Shown here piece by piece: positions 63,605 through 64,000 of a stretch of DNA of 64,000 nucleotides. The stretch's first letter is position 1. Every line of letters begins with the position of its first letter. The stretch covers positions 9,154,004-9,218,003 of the forward strand of contig JAHRHZ010000074.1 of NCBI GenBank assembly GCA_024137785.1, written 5' to 3'. A program made the translations under genes and the position numbers. Source of the stretch: Ginglymostoma cirratum. Taxonomy: Eukaryota. The notes beneath the pieces were generated by a model that did not search any database, was not told the origin of the DNA, and worked only from the letters and a program-made list of their open reading frames with translations.

Positions 63605-63976
63605 GGCATAGTTGTGCCAATTGATATTGCATATTTAATTTCACAAATTTCATGGCCTTAATGATTACTTCTTTTGAAGTTCAGAGATAAAAATAGGGTT
63701 TTAAGCCTAAAAAGGCTTTTAGCTGATCGATGTATTTTTCATGAAATGTAAGATAACATGTAAAATCATATCAGTAAAAACATATCAAATTAGCAGTGTT
63801 CCCCCGTGATTGTACTAGTCTGGCAATTGTGCCAGTGCGTCACTGCATTTTGCTAAATTTTCAAAGAGAAAATCTGCAGTCCCCAGAATGACTTGGTGTA
63901 TTGTATGGCAATTAGTATCATCTGTCTTTACGTTCCCTGTGGTAGATGAAAGGGGGAAATGCTACCTGAAAAGGAG

Positions 63977-64000
63977 TTCCTGCTCCTATGATGCTGCTTG
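63977..64000 (+). repeat. Start of another family-1 PLE-terminal fragment (cut by the window edge)
   Basis: TTCCTGCTCCTATGATGCTGCTTG is identical to 7242-7265. Confidence 0.7.

Overview
Vertebrate genomic DNA, almost certainly a cartilaginous fish, judging by HE1/V-SINE, Deu-type SINE and HER1/CR1 repeats. The window lies inside one + strand gene, EFR3A (membrane anchor of the PI4KIIIa complex). Twelve consecutive GT-AG exons (2650-57809, 1409 nt, 469 full codons) splice into one stop-free frame; the start and stop codons lie outside the window. The introns are packed with decayed CR1 LINEs, SINEs, three copies of an LTR-like repeat and Penelope-like elements (PLEs). The most striking signal is a PLE-linked system. 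A dead 2.15 kb PLE (RT plus partly deleted GIY-YIG) ends in a minimal type-I hammerhead-ribozyme motif (CUGANGA-A-stem II-GAAA-CG-UH). About a dozen short non-coding derivatives of at least two PLE lineages carry the same motif or its flanks. Most are inserted as fold-back palindromes, and several have 14-16 bp direct flanking repeats. Repeat family names come from recognition, not database searches; repeat boundaries are approximate unless stated.
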